Positions 1 to 13,114 of a DNA stretch of 64,000 nucleotides are shown piece by piece. The notes below the pieces were generated by a model. It saw only the letters and a program-made list of their open reading frames with translations, made no database searches and had not been told where the DNA came from. Source of the stretch: Eledone cirrhosa (taxonomy: Eukaryota); NCBI GenBank assembly GCA_964016885.1, contig CAXHJY010000706.1, positions 1-64,000 on the forward strand. Direction: 5' to 3'. Position 1 is the stretch's first letter, and each line of letters starts with the position of its first letter. The translations under genes and the position numbers were made by a program.

Positions 1-194
1 CCCATTCTAAGACAGAATGCTATGATATGTTTTAAGACTAAAGGGTATGATATGAAAGAGATCTGGCTGCTATTTCATTGATTCATTGGTTAGTGTAAGT
101 ATTTTATAAAGTACCAGTCACGCACTGGGGTCGATTTAATTGACTTTTCCTTCCCAAAGAATTGTTGGCCTTGTGCATAAATCAGAAACCATCA

Positions 195-410
195 GTATCG
201 GTAGAGCACCAGACATCATGCTTTGCAGCATAGAGTTATGGCTGTTTACGTTCTGAGTTCAAATCCCGCCGAGATTAGTTTTGCCTTTCATCCTTACGGG
301 GTCTATAAAATAAAGTACCAGGTAATGCACAGGGGTCGATTTAATCGACTTTTCCCCTCCGCCAAAAAAACTGCTGGCCTTGTTCCTATAGTAGAACTCA
401 TTATTATTAT
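195..410 (+). mobile_element. tRNA-derived SINE, family A (5'-truncated, tandem with next copy)
   Basis: B-box GAGTTCAAATCC followed by the core TTTGCCTTTCATCCTTACGGGGTCTATAAAATAAAGTACCAG and an (ATT)n tail; repeated about 20 times in the window. Confidence 0.85.
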
Positions 411-418
411 TACATAAT

Positions 419-615
419 GGGCGGTGAATTGGCAGTATCGGTAGAGGGTCGGACGCCATGTTTTCCAGCATAGTTACGTCCTTTTACGGTCTGAGTTCAA
501 ATCCCGCCGAGGTTAACTTTGCCTTTCATCCTTACGGGGTCGATAAAATAAAGTACCAGTAATGTACTGGGTAATTGCTGGCCTTGTGCCAAAAGTAGAA
601 ACAATTATTATTATT
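419..615 (+). mobile_element. tRNA-derived SINE, family A (full length)
   Basis: Head GGCGGTGAATTGGCAGTATCGGTAG (A-box-like), B-box GAGTTCAAATCC, conserved core, GCCTTGTGCCAAAAGTAGAAAC-(ATT)n end. Confidence 0.9.
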
Positions 616-1122
616 ACATAATGATGATAATAATGATGGCGAAGGAGGAGGCGGAGGAGGAGAAAGAGGATGGCGATGTTGATCTTGAATGCAAAGAACG
701 TAATTAAATGGAACAGAGAGAGAAAGAGAGAGAGAAAGGGGGAGAGAGAGACAAGGGAGAGAGAGAGAGAGAGAGAGGGCCATAGATATTTTGTATGTAA
801 AGTTGTATACAACTTGGAGGTTGTCAAATTTGTTAAAGGGGAAGTGGAAGAGAGGGTGTCTGTGGGAAATGAAGGGGGTTTGCTGTCAACCAGAAAGAAA
901 CAGGAGAGAGAAAGAAAATGAAAGAGAGTAAGTACTATAGAAAGGGTGGGAGGGAAGGAGGGAAGGAGGAGTGAAGAAGAATTGAATGAGAATTTCATGA
1001 TTTGAAAAATCTTAAATCAAAATTGAATGCAAAAAATGTATATGCTGCATATAGAGTAAGTTGGTTTTACAACATGTCATAAACAATTAGAGAACAAAGG
1101 TTCAGGCAGGGCGGATACACAG

Positions 1123-1217
<95 letters not shown>

Positions 1218-1244
1218 CAACCGAACACATAAATACACACACAT

Positions 1245-1279
<35 letters not shown>

Positions 1280-1959
1280 ACCGAACACATACACACACAC
1301 ACAAACACACACTCACAAAACACACACACACACACATAGACATACAGACACAAACATACAAACAAACGCATAAACACAACACACACAAAAGAAATACATA
1401 CACATAACAAAATACACGTGCACACAGAAGCGTACACAACACATACACTCAAACACAATACACAAACACACACAACGCATATTCTACACATATATACTCA
1501 CATAGAAACACAGAAGCACACACAACATATACACTCACACACAAACACAAAACACACACAACACACAGAACTACACACAAACACAACAAACAAACACAAC
1601 AACACACAAACAAACACAACACATATACTCACACCGAAACACACAAACAAACATAACACATATACTCACAGACAAACACAAACACACAAACAAACACAAC
1701 ACATATACTCACACCGAAACACACAAACAAACATAACACATATACTCACAGACAAACACAAACACACACACACAAACACACAAACACACACAAACACATA
1801 AACACACACAACTCATACAAACACACAAAAAACCGAAATACACAAACAAACACAATACATATACTCAGAGCTTACATAGTACAGACAGCCATTAGTACAT
1901 AGAGTCATGCGTACATACATTCAAGTAACTAGGTTTTTTTAAATAAAGAATAACTAAAC

Positions 1960-2790
1960 TTCACTCCCAAACCTCACTCAACAACCTCACTCTCCAACCT
2001 CTCTCTCCAACCTCTCTCTCCAACCTCTCTCCCCAACCTCTCTCCCCAACCTCTCTCTCCAACATCTCTCTCCAACCTCTCTCCCCAACCTCTCTCTCCA
2101 ACCTCTCTCCCCAACCTCTCTCTCCAACCTCTCTCCCCAACCTCTCTCTCCAACCTCTCTCTCCAACCTCTCTCCCCAACCTCTCTCTCTAACCTCTCTC
2201 CCCAACCTCTCTCTCCAACCTCTCTCTCCAACCTCTCTCTCCAACCTCTCTCCCCAACCTCTCTCTCCAACCTCTCTCCCCAACCTCTCTCTCCAACCTC
2301 TCTCCCAACCTCTCTCTCCAACCTCTCTCCCCAACCTCTCTCCCCAACTTCTCTCCCCAACCTCTCTCCCCAACCTCTCTCTCCAACCTCTCTCTCCAAC
2401 CTCTCTCCCCAACCTCTCTCTCCAACCTCTCTCTCCAACCTCTCTCCCCAACCTCTCTCTCCAACCTCTCTCCCCAACCTCTCTCCCCAACCTCTCTCCC
2501 CAACCTCTCTCTCCAACCTCTCTCTCCAACCTCTCTCCCCAACCTCTCTCTCCAACCTCTCTCTCCAACCTCTCTCCCCAACCTCTCTCTCCAACCTCTC
2601 TCCCCAACCTCTCTCCCCAACCTCTCTCCCTAACCTCTCTCCCCAACTTCTCTCCCCAACCTCTCTCCCCAACCTCTCTCTCCAACCTCTCTCTCCAACC
2701 TCTCTCCCCAACCTCTCTCTCCAACCTCTCTCTCCAACCTCACTCCCCAACCTCTCTCCCTAACCTCTCTCCCCAACTTCTCTCCCCAAC
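1960..2790. repeat. 13-bp minisatellite (CCAACCTCTCTCY)n
   Basis: About 60 tandem units; explains the REVGERGW ORFs. Confidence 0.95.
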
Positions 2791-2869
2791 GAAAATGAAA
2801 ATGTACATCACCGCCATTTTAAAATGTCTTGTCACAATATTTTAAAATGAAAACAAAGTTAACAAAAAC

Positions 2870-2873
2870 AAAA

Positions 2874-2920
<47 letters not shown>

Positions 2921-3127
2921 AACCACTACTACTACTACCACCACCACCACTACTACTACTATTACTACTGCCACCACCACCACTACTACCACAAATACCA
3001 CCACCACCACCACCACCACCAGCACTACTACTACTACCACCACCACCACTATTACTACTACTATTACTACTGCCACCACCACTACCAGCACTGCTACTAC
3101 AACCACCACCACCACTATTACTACTGT
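2870..3127. repeat. (ACT/ACC)n trinucleotide microsatellite
   Basis: Direct inspection. Confidence 0.95.
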
Positions 3128-3447
3128 AGAAATGAATATCTAAAAAAAGGGAGCGGAAGAGAGAGAAAGACAGAGAAAGGGATGAGACAGAGAGAACGAG
3201 GGAAAATAGGAGAAAAGGAGAAAGAGAGGAGAAAGAAAGAAAGAAAACAACAACCAAAAAATCTGGAAAATATTTGTCCAGAAAAATAGTCTGAAGAATT
3301 TCAAAGTTTTAAAAACTAACACACACACATATACACATGTACACACACATATATATATATACACACACATGTACACATATACACACACCTTTCTATAGTA
3401 ATAGTAGCAATTTTGTTTTCTGATCGTTTTTTTCATTTTAACATATT

Positions 3448-3550
3448 CAGTGTGTTCCAAAAAAATGTATACACACTTTGATTACCTGGACGGGCAATAT
3501 TTATTAGAATGCTGTTGAAGTCTGTGTATACATTTTTAGGGGACACCCTG
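3448..3550. mobile_element. Tc1/mariner-type MITE
   Basis: Imperfect TIRs CAGTGTGTTCCAAAAAAATGTATACACA / TGTGTATACATTTTTAGGGGACACCCTG followed by TA. Confidence 0.75.
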
Positions 3551-3610
3551 TATATATATATATATATATGTGTATATATATGTGTGTGTGTGTGTATAAA
3601 TATATATATA

Positions 3611-3840
3611 TAGGAAAAAGTATGACCCCGACGGCAGAGTTCAAGCCGTTTCGACATAGTAGAGCACTTTCCGACTCTACCACTCCATATCCCAACTTTT
3701 CCACCCAGCTCAAGTTTCTTTTAGTCCAGAAATAGCCGTCGAAACGGCTTGAGCTCTGTAATGCAATGGGTCATACTTTTTCCTATTACCCACCTAAGTA
3801 TTGAGTATTTTGGTGCGTTATGGTCCATCTGGTTCCTTAC

Positions 3841-3842
<2 letters not shown>
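3611..3842. mobile_element. Short fold-back element ('GACGGC-GAGCTC' family), probable Penelope-like relic
   Basis: Inverted partial copy plus forward copy with tail ...AAGTATTGAGTATTTTGGTGCGTTATGGTCCATCTGGTTCCTTACCAC; flanked by (TA)n. Confidence 0.65.
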
Positions 3843-3875
<33 letters not shown>

Positions 3876-4010
3876 GAAAAAAGTTTGTCCTTCATCAGTG
3901 ATCTTCCAACCATCATAGGCATTTCATCGCTTTAAAGACCATATACCTCCGGTTGGTGCGAGCAACGGCTAAAAAAAGTCGTTGGGACACGTAAATAAAG
4001 GGGACGCGAG

Positions 4011-4059
<49 letters not shown>

Positions 4060-4161
4060 ATATATATATATACACAAACACACAGGCGCACACACACACA
4101 CACACACACAATCTAGCTGTCGAAACGGCCGGAGCTCAGCCGTCGGGGTCCTGAATTTTTC

Positions 4162-4206
<45 letters not shown>

Positions 4207-4819
4207 ATATACACACACACATAATCCCCATCCCCATATGTATATATATACGTGTGTGTGTCAGTGTGTATGTCTGTGTGTATGTCTGTGTGTGTGTGTG
4301 CCCGTGTGTGTGGCAGTGTGTATGTCAGTGTGTATGTCAGTGTGTAAGTCTGTGTGTGTATCTGTGTGTGTGTGTCCGTGTGTACGTCTGTGTGTATGTC
4401 AGTGTGTATGTCAGTGTGTCTCTGTGTGTGTATCTGTGTATCTGTGTGTGTATCTGTGTGTGTGTTTGCCCGTGTGTGTCCGTGTGTGTGTCAGTGTGTT
4501 TGTCTGTGTGTAAGTCTGTGTGTGTATCTGTGTGTGTGTGTCCGTGTGTGTGTCAGTGTGTACGTCTGTGTGTATGTATGTGTGTGTGTTTGTGTGTGTG
4601 TGTCTGTGTGTGTGTGTCTGTATGTGTATATGTGTGTGTGTCTGTGTGTATGTATGTGTGTGTGTTTGTGTGAAGATATAAAGTAAGAACTAAGAAATAC
4701 ACCAACAATACTGAACAGCCCCCCACCCCCATCCCCTCAATTTTGCATGTTTTTGCATACTAATTCGTTTTCGTTGTACCATAGATTAAATGTCGGTTTT
4801 TCACATAAAAATATCCCTA

Positions 4820-4833
4820 TACTTATATATACA

Positions 4834-4883
<50 letters not shown>

Positions 4884-4952
4884 CATGCATATATATATAT
4901 ATATACATGCATATATATATATATATATATACATGCATATATATATATATAC

Positions 4953-5002
<50 letters not shown>

Positions 5003-5022
5003 GCATATATATATATATATGC

Positions 5023-5067
<45 letters not shown>

Positions 5068-5173
5068 CGTGTGTGTATGTATATATACATATATATATAT
5101 ATATGTATATATATACATATATATATACATATATATATATATATATGTGTGTGTGTGTCTATGTATATACAAA

Positions 5174-5240
<67 letters not shown>

Positions 5241-5328
5241 TCTATATATACATGTGTATATATTTATATACATATATACATTTATATACATATATACATG
5301 TATATACAAACATATATATATATATACA

Positions 5329-5383
<55 letters not shown>

Positions 5384-5716
5384 TGCTCGTTCTGTTATAT
5401 AAAAAACCTACTACCATTCCAATATTTATGTTTATTCTCTGGGGGTGTCATTATAATCAATAATACACTTATCACATTTAAACACATTGCTGCTGTTGTT
5501 GGTGTTGTTGGTGTTGTTGGTGTTGTTGCTGATGTTTTGCCTCTGTTTACTATTTTAAAGGGGACGTCTCTCTCTCTCACACACTCTCTCTCTCACTCTC
5601 TCTCTCTCTCACACACACACTAACTCTCTCTTTCTGTCCTTCTCATCTCTGTATCTCTCTCTCTGTATATATATGTATGTATATATATATATATGTGTGT
5701 GTATATAAAATAAATA

Positions 5717-5809
<93 letters not shown>

Positions 5810-5818
5810 GTATGCATG

Positions 5819-5915
<97 letters not shown>
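4820..5915. repeat. (TA)n-rich microsatellite tracts
   Basis: Direct inspection; source of the YIYI ORFs. Confidence 0.95.
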
Positions 5916-5917
<2 letters not shown>

Positions 5918-6103
5918 CCATCTATTTAATCTCTCTCTCTCTCTCTCTCTCTCTCGCTTTCTCTCTGTGACTTTTTTTTCGGTATATTTTATATATTCGA
6001 TTGATTCATTCCTAAATGAAGTGCCTTTACCCCACCCCCACCCTCAGCCCCGTATTCATACGCATACACATTTTCAGTTTCACACATACACACACACACG
6101 CAG

Positions 6104-6134
<31 letters not shown>

Positions 6135-6660
6135 AACACAGACAAACACAGACATGCATATGCATACATGGACACTCATATAGATATATACTCTTGCATT
6201 TTCACGTATACAAGCACACATGCGTATATTCAGTCTCGTATACACATACATTATATATACACACGAAGATATATATACACACACAGATAAGTATACACAC
6301 ACACACACACACACACATAGTCTCTCTAACACCAATATATATATATATATATATATATACACAAATATATATATACACACAACGATACACAGTCTCACTC
6401 ACACAAAGATATATATATACACACAAAGATATTTACACACGAAGATACACACACAGAGTCTCACAAAAATATATATATATATATATATACATACATACAA
6501 AGATACACACACAATCTCACTTACACAAGAATATAGACACACACACAAAGATATAAATGCACACACGTCCACATTCTTCACAATGACAGTTAGTTAAAGA
6601 TGTAAAATGAATTTCTAGGATAAATATTTCATAAAATAATTTTACTTTTATTTTTACTTC

Positions 6661-6702
<42 letters not shown>

Positions 6703-6824
6703 ATTTGTGCGTGTATTTATATATTTTATATATTTATTTTGTTTGTGTATTTATTTTATTTACATTCCTTCCCAGTTTAAATTACCAAGGAAAGAAACTT
6801 CGTGCGATAGTGTAGTGAGTGTGT

Positions 6825-7130
6825 AAAGGTGTGTGGCTTTGTGGTTAGTGTGTTCTGCTAATGATCGTAAGGTTGTTAGTTCGAATCCCGGCGTCATATT
6901 GTGTCCTTGAGCAAGACACTTTATTTCACGTTGATCCAGTCAACTCAGCTGGCAAAAATGAATTGTACCAGTAATTCCTACTGCCTTGTTACACACTGCA
7001 GCATGCTGAATCTCCCCCAAGAACTACCTTAAAGGTACATGTATCTGTTGAATGCTCAGCCACTGATACGTTAATTTTACAAGCAAGTTGTTCTGATGAC
7101 CGAATATTGGTCATCGAAAATGACGGAGGT
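6825..7130 (+). mobile_element. tRNA-derived SINE, family B
   Basis: GTGTGGCTTTGTGGTTAG A-box, AGTTCGAATCC B-box, core TGTGTCCTTGAGCAAGACACTTTATTTCACGTTG; degenerate relatives at about 13120-13175 and 22833-22940. Confidence 0.75.
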
Positions 7131-7189
7131 CCAATAGTTTGGAGGTCAAAATAGTCGATATTCTTCTCAACGTAAAAAACAGAGTAGTA

Positions 7190-7525
7190 AAGGCATTGAA
7201 TTGGCTGAATCGTTAGAACGTCGAATAGAATGCTTTGTGGTATTCGTTCCGGCTCACTGCTCCCTGAGTTCAAATCCCGCCGAGGTCAACTTTGCCTTTC
7301 ATCTTTTCGAGGTCGATAAGAAATATTACCAGTCTAGTACTGGGATTAATTCTCCCTTTATATCTCTTTCTCATTCCCATTCTCTCACTTTCTATCCATC
7401 AATCTCTAGAAGAAATCTGCTGTGTTCAGGCCTGGAGAAGAGATGGGCTTGAAATACCCAAGAAATAAGGTTTGCCATTGCAGCGTCCCTGCGGCTTCTT
7501 CAAGTGTTGCAGGATCATACCATCC
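7190..7525 (+). mobile_element. SINE family A head/core with alternative long 3' tail
   Basis: B-box and core, then AGAAATCTGCTGTGTTCAGGCCTGGAGAAGAGATGGGC..., homologous to 32681-33010 and 63651-63790. Confidence 0.75.
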
Positions 7526-7696
7526 CAAAGATAGCCTATATTACAGTGAGATCTATGAAATAGATACCCCTATATAGATACTCCTACATTACTCCAATCT
7601 ATGGAATAGATACTCCTATGTTACTCCGATCTATAAAATAAGTCAATACTGAGGAGATACAATCAACTGCAATCAAAGAATCAACCAAATTTCCTC

Positions 7697-7895
7697 CTGA
7701 CCATCTTCAGATCTGACGAAAAAAAAAATTAAGGATTTCGTTAAAATAGACTCTTAAAAAAAGAAAACCTTGTGTCCATTTTAAAAAAGAAGTGATGTCT
7801 ATTTTTTTTTTTTTAATTCTTATGCCTGTCAAAAAAATGTCTTGCGTTTATTTTAATGAAATCCTTAATTTTTTGTCAGATCTGAAAATGGCCAG
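7697..7895. repeat. About 200-bp inverted repeat (MITE/fold-back-like)
   Basis: About 50-bp arms CTGACCATCTTCAGATCTGACG(A)nTTAAGGATTTCGTTAAAATA / TATTTTAATGAAATCCTTAA(T)nGTCAGATCTGAAAATGGCCAG. Confidence 0.75.
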
Positions 7896-7997
7896 AATAA
7901 AGTTAGCATTTTCATTGTTTCTTTGAGTCTTTTTGTTATTGTATTTCGGTTTCAAAATTTGAATGGTTGATTAGTAGGCCGTCGTTTAGTAAAATAG

Positions 7998-8059
7998 TGC
8001 AAATAGTCTGCTGGCGTTGAATGCAGTCGTGACGTTTAGTAGCCAGCAGATTAGTGGTA
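7998..8059 (+). ncRNA. Candidate pre-miRNA-like hairpin
   Basis: TAGTCTGCTGGC-GTTGAATG pairs with CGTTTAGT-A-GCCAGCAGATTA (20 bp, 5 G:U pairs, one bulge, 9-nt loop) in non-repetitive sequence. Confidence 0.45.
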
Positions 8060-8884
8060 GAATAATGTCCGTCTCATTGGGTGAAATATGATAGAGAGAT
8101 GTCAAGTGGGATTTAGAGGATTATATTGATTCAACAACAGACGGCGCCAACGAAATCTTCATGTTTGAGATTTCTGCCATTTATGATCCTCTTTCTTGTC
8201 CGACACTTTATTCGACCGGGCATCTAACCCAACCGGTGTCTCTCCTCGCCTCCATCCACACTACAGCATCACTGTATCACTGCATCTGTTCTGCTATGAC
8301 ACCGGGCTGTCGCTGAGGACGATTATTCAGTGGTAACAACTTAACTTTAACCACCACGTGATTTTTTTTGTTGTTTTGTTTTGTTTTGTTTTGTTTTGTT
8401 TTGTTTTGTTTTGTTTTGTTTTGTTTCTGTGAATAGAAGAAAATTCATTACTAATGGCACGAGAACAAAAATAATAAATTTTAATATATACATAAATTTA
8501 TAGTCACACGCATAAGAACTACGAACTAACAGCAACGTTTCTTGATGCGACCGTCAGTAAAATTAGACTGAAAATTTGAAATGATTTGCACATCTAGTTT
8601 TACATGCAATAAAATCGTATTAATTAGGATCCTTTTCGTTATGTGTGTCTCAGAACAAAAGGCAGTTTAGACTCTATCTTTTGTATTCTATGTTCAAATC
8701 ACGCTACAGTATATAGATATATATATGTGTGTGTGTATATACAGGGAATCTTGTTCTTTCTCTGATGACATGTAACATTGATGGTAAATTACTGCGAAGG
8801 TTTTTCGTACTAATTAAACTGTACGATAAATCCTATGTAATTCTTGCTTTCTTTTTTAATGTTAAACAGATTATTACTTTTTGA

Positions 8885-9005
8885 ACTTCCTGAAGAGATA
8901 CGGCCTAAGGTAAAGCGACTATGTCGAGTTAATTAACAGCAACTCTTTCGGTATTTTCCACTATTGATGTATAATTTCTGACAGCATTGAAACGTTCGTA
9001 GATGT
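8885..9005 (+). ncRNA. Possible type-I hammerhead with long helix-II insertion
   Basis: ACTTC-CTGAAGA-(about 92 nt)-GAAA-CGTTCG-TA-GATGT; stem I has 4 of 5 pairs; about 50 bp upstream of (TA)n. Confidence 0.35.
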
Positions 9006-9048
9006 GTAAATAAACATCAATAATTTTAATCCTTGGTCTTACTGAATT

Positions 9049-9509
<461 letters not shown>

Positions 9510-9529
9510 GTGTGTGTGTATGTATATTA

Positions 9530-9906
9530 TCTATGTATCTATCTATCTAAGGCGGGTAAAATTCCCGAGATCCATGGACGAGTTCTCTCCAGCGGTCTCT
9601 GTCCCTCATTATCGCTGCCATATCCTGCATCTCCAACAGACCAGTGTCTGTCCTTAGGGCATCAACATATGTTAACCTTGGTCTTCCTCTTCTAGTGTGT
9701 CCATGTAGGGGCTCCCAAAGGAGCACTGAGTGCAATGTCAACTCTGGATGTCGGTGAGCATGTCCAGCCAACCTCAGTCTCCTCTGTGTCACTTTTAAGC
9801 TGACTTTTGGGATGCTCCCATACAGCTCTGAGTTTTTCATCCTCAGTGTATACTGATTAATGTTCAGAGCCATCCTCAGCATTCTCGTGTAGCACCCATC
9901 CACCAT
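9530..9906 (-). mobile_element. RTE-superfamily LINE, 3' fragment (RT C-terminal region)
   Basis: ORF 9547-9906: DGCYTRMLRMALNI...RRLRLAGH...LLWEP.HG...RGRPRLTY.D.L...DRDRWR, a typical RTE ORF C-terminus; (ATAG)n tail. Confidence 0.85.
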
Positions 9907-10468
9907 ATATATTTCTATATATATGATGTGTAGGTGGCAGTGTAGTTATTATTGTTAATGACACAAACTGACATTTACCTAGTTGTCTGCTTTATTCCCA
10001 AATATGTCCACTTTATATTTTTAAAAAATGTTGAATGCTAATAAATGTTAGATTAACTTACTGTTACAGAGCCGGATTCATAACTTAAATAGATACGTGT
10101 TGCATTGTGTTGTTGTTGTTTTGAATTAAGATCCATATTGTTTCCTAGCAATTTCTCTCTTCAATAGTTTCATTTGGAATGGAACATGGCTTAAGTATGA
10201 TACTTTTGTTTAGAACAAAGATTTTGACCCAGGTCAAGATTTGTTCATTACGAATGTTTATGATTGACTTCGCTTTCATGCTGTTGAAAGATTTCTTAAA
10301 GTACACAATCGTTGAGATCTTTATCCGATATTTCTATTTTTCTGGTTAATTTCTTCTTTCTCCTTTAATGCGATGAAATACCAATGATCGTTGGCAAATC
10401 ACTGATGAAGGACTAATTTTATAATATGTAATCCATGTGCAACCATGCAGTATTCTTCTCCCCATGTT

Positions 10469-10531
<63 letters not shown>

Positions 10532-10543
10532 AACATATATATG

Positions 10544-10590
<47 letters not shown>

Positions 10591-10593
<3 letters not shown>

Positions 10594-10773
10594 ATTATGT
10601 AATAAACAACACAACTTCTGAGGATCCCGTTAAGGGTGAAAGCAGCGATTCTTTGCTTAAAATTTAATCTGTTATTTTAATAAATATTTACTCTAGGGTT
10701 CTTATTTATTTGATATGTATTTATCCTTATCGAGCCCTCTTTGGATTTTAGTCTTCACATTTATTATTATTAC
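10591..10773 (+). mobile_element. Short (TA)n-associated element with degenerate hammerhead-like core
   Basis: CTGAGGA-TCCCGTTAAGGGT-GAAA; a second, rearranged copy (tail inverted) lies at 15297-15417. Confidence 0.55.
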
Positions 10774-10775
10774 TA

Positions 10776-10835
<60 letters not shown>

Positions 10836-10919
10836 ATTTTTAAAATAATAATAATAATTAAGCTCTGTTGCCTACATAGAGCACTCTTTTTTCCTGGACT
10901 TTTCCGATGGAATTACTTC

Positions 10920-11031
<112 letters not shown>

Positions 11032-11562
11032 ATATGCATGTATGTATGTATATTGATGAAAAGGTGAGTTTTATTATTTTTAACGTAAGGAGTAACCACA
11101 GTATGATATAATACGATGGTAAAAGGGAATATAAAGAGTTTAGTAGCATAGTTCTCTGATCAAAGAATTATTTAAATAAAAGGGTTTCCAGTTATGAATT
11201 TCTATACAATACATAAGAATAATTATATCATTAGTTGGGGATTATATGTGTGTATGTGCGTGGTTCGTAAATAACTGAGGAGGCGCATTGTAGGCAAATT
11301 TATAAGCCTTTACTACTTTCTAACGATGCCTTCGTTTGATTAGGAGAGGGACAGTAGTTGGCTAAATATTGAAGCTATCGGCAGCTTTAGAATCATAATA
11401 AAAATAAATGTGTGTGTGGAAGTTAATCATGTTTTGTAAGGGTATTAGTTACTGATGAAGGAACATTAACAGAGCAACATAGTAACTATTCGACCGTAAC
11501 AAAGATGTGACAAAACACTTGAGAGCGTAAATGTTACTAACGAACTTGGCTGTATATTAACT

Positions 11563-11621
<59 letters not shown>

Positions 11622-11660
11622 GTATATATATATATATGTGTGTGTGTGTATGTATGTATA

Positions 11661-11835
11661 TAGGTAAAATTCGGTTATAACGAATACAATTATAACGAAT
11701 TTTTCAGTATGACGAAATTTTTTTTAATCCCCAACCACATGTTCGATGTGTTAGGTCAATCTCGTTATAAAGAATTTTTAATTACAAGGAATTTTTTTTA
11801 TACTCTGTGAATTTCGTTATAACAGAATTTCACTG
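11661..11835. mobile_element. pogo/Tigger-like MITE
   Basis: TIRs ...AAATTCGGTTATAACGAA / TTCGTTATAACAGAATTTCACTG-TA with internal TATAACGAA repeats. Confidence 0.75.
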
Positions 11836-11930
11836 TATATATATTATATATAAAGTAATTAATATAGAGCCACGTTCATTAGTAACATATATAGGATTGA
11901 AAACATATCTATACACACAAACATATCTAT

Positions 11931-11964
<34 letters not shown>

Positions 11965-11974
11965 GTTCTGTTGT

Positions 11975-12126
11975 CTATTTGTAAATTTATAAATTTATAA
12001 ATTTATAAATATATAATAAATTGAAGTGAAAGCATCTGGTGCGTGTGTTTCTTATTGGCAACATGACCCTCCCAAAGTATAACAATATCGGTTTCAACAC
12101 ACGATTTCAGATAAAGAATCTTGCTA
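11975..12126 (+). mobile_element. Fragment of the 53.3-54.1 kb hammerhead-bearing element (tail part)
   Basis: AAATTGAAGTGAAAGCATCTGGTGCGTGTGTTTCTTATTGGCAACATGACCCTCCCAAAGTATAACAATATCGG; also at 15893-15985, 53252-53453 and 53979-54115. Confidence 0.8.
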
Positions 12127-12173
12127 TATATAATAGGAATAAATGGAAGATATAACACTATAGCATCACTATT

Positions 12174-12233
12174 TATTTCATTATATATATTTCTGGGATG
12201 CTAAATTATACCATGCCTTCTTCAGACAAAATA
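12174..12233 (-). ncRNA. Minimal type-I hammerhead ribozyme (family 1, copy A)
   Basis: Minus strand: TATTTTGT-CTGAAGA-AGGCATGGTATAATTTAGCATCCCA-GAAA-TATATA-TA-ATGAAATA; 8-bp stem I. Confidence 0.75.
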
Positions 12234-12310
12234 CAATGTTAACTGTATAAGATGTTATATGACATACTCATAACATTGACCGTATCCGATCAATTCTAAA
12301 GTCTCTAATA

Positions 12311-12449
12311 TCATCATCATCATCATTTTACGTCCGCTCTTCCCTGCTCGCAAGGGTGGGACGGGTCTTATTCAGCACAGCATCTCTCCACTCGTCACGG
12401 TCCGTCGTCATCTCCACCGTGAGCTTCAACGATCTGAGGTCTGTTCTCA

Positions 12450-12450
<1 letters not shown>
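12311..12450 (-). mobile_element. RTE-like LINE extreme 3' end
   Basis: Minus translation RTDLRSLKLTVEMTTDRDEWRDAVLNKTRPTLASREERT* followed by a (GAT)n tail. Confidence 0.7.
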
Positions 12451-12480
<30 letters not shown>

Positions 12481-12512
12481 CTATATATATATATATTTTA
12501 TATATATATATA

Positions 12513-12554
<42 letters not shown>

Positions 12555-12563
12555 CTATATATA

Positions 12564-12625
<62 letters not shown>

Positions 12626-12667
12626 TATATATTATATATATATTATATATATATATTATATATATTA

Positions 12668-12794
<127 letters not shown>

Positions 12795-12800
12795 ATATTA

Positions 12801-12896
<96 letters not shown>

Positions 12897-12899
<3 letters not shown>

Positions 12900-13056
12900 A
12901 GAAAGTATGACCCCGACTAGTCCAGAAATAGCCGTCGAAACGGGTTGAGCTCTGCCGTCGGGGATCATACTTTCTCCTATTACCCACTCTACTACCCTAA
13001 GTATTGAGTACTCTGGTGCGTTATGGTCCATCTAATTCCTTACCACAACTCCTTCG

Positions 13057-13058
<2 letters not shown>
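12897..13058 (+). mobile_element. 'GACGGC-GAGCTC' fold-back element
   Basis: Short inverted 5' piece plus full unit with tail, between (TA)n tracts. Confidence 0.75.

Positions 13059-13114
<56 letters not shown>

Noticed and set aside
419-510. tRNA gene
   Set aside because: The A/B boxes belong to SINE heads; no cloverleaf and no poly-T terminator.
7093-7125. CTGATGA...GAAA hammerhead-like spacing
   Set aside because: Lies in the diverged end of SINE family B; no stem I and no properly placed UH.
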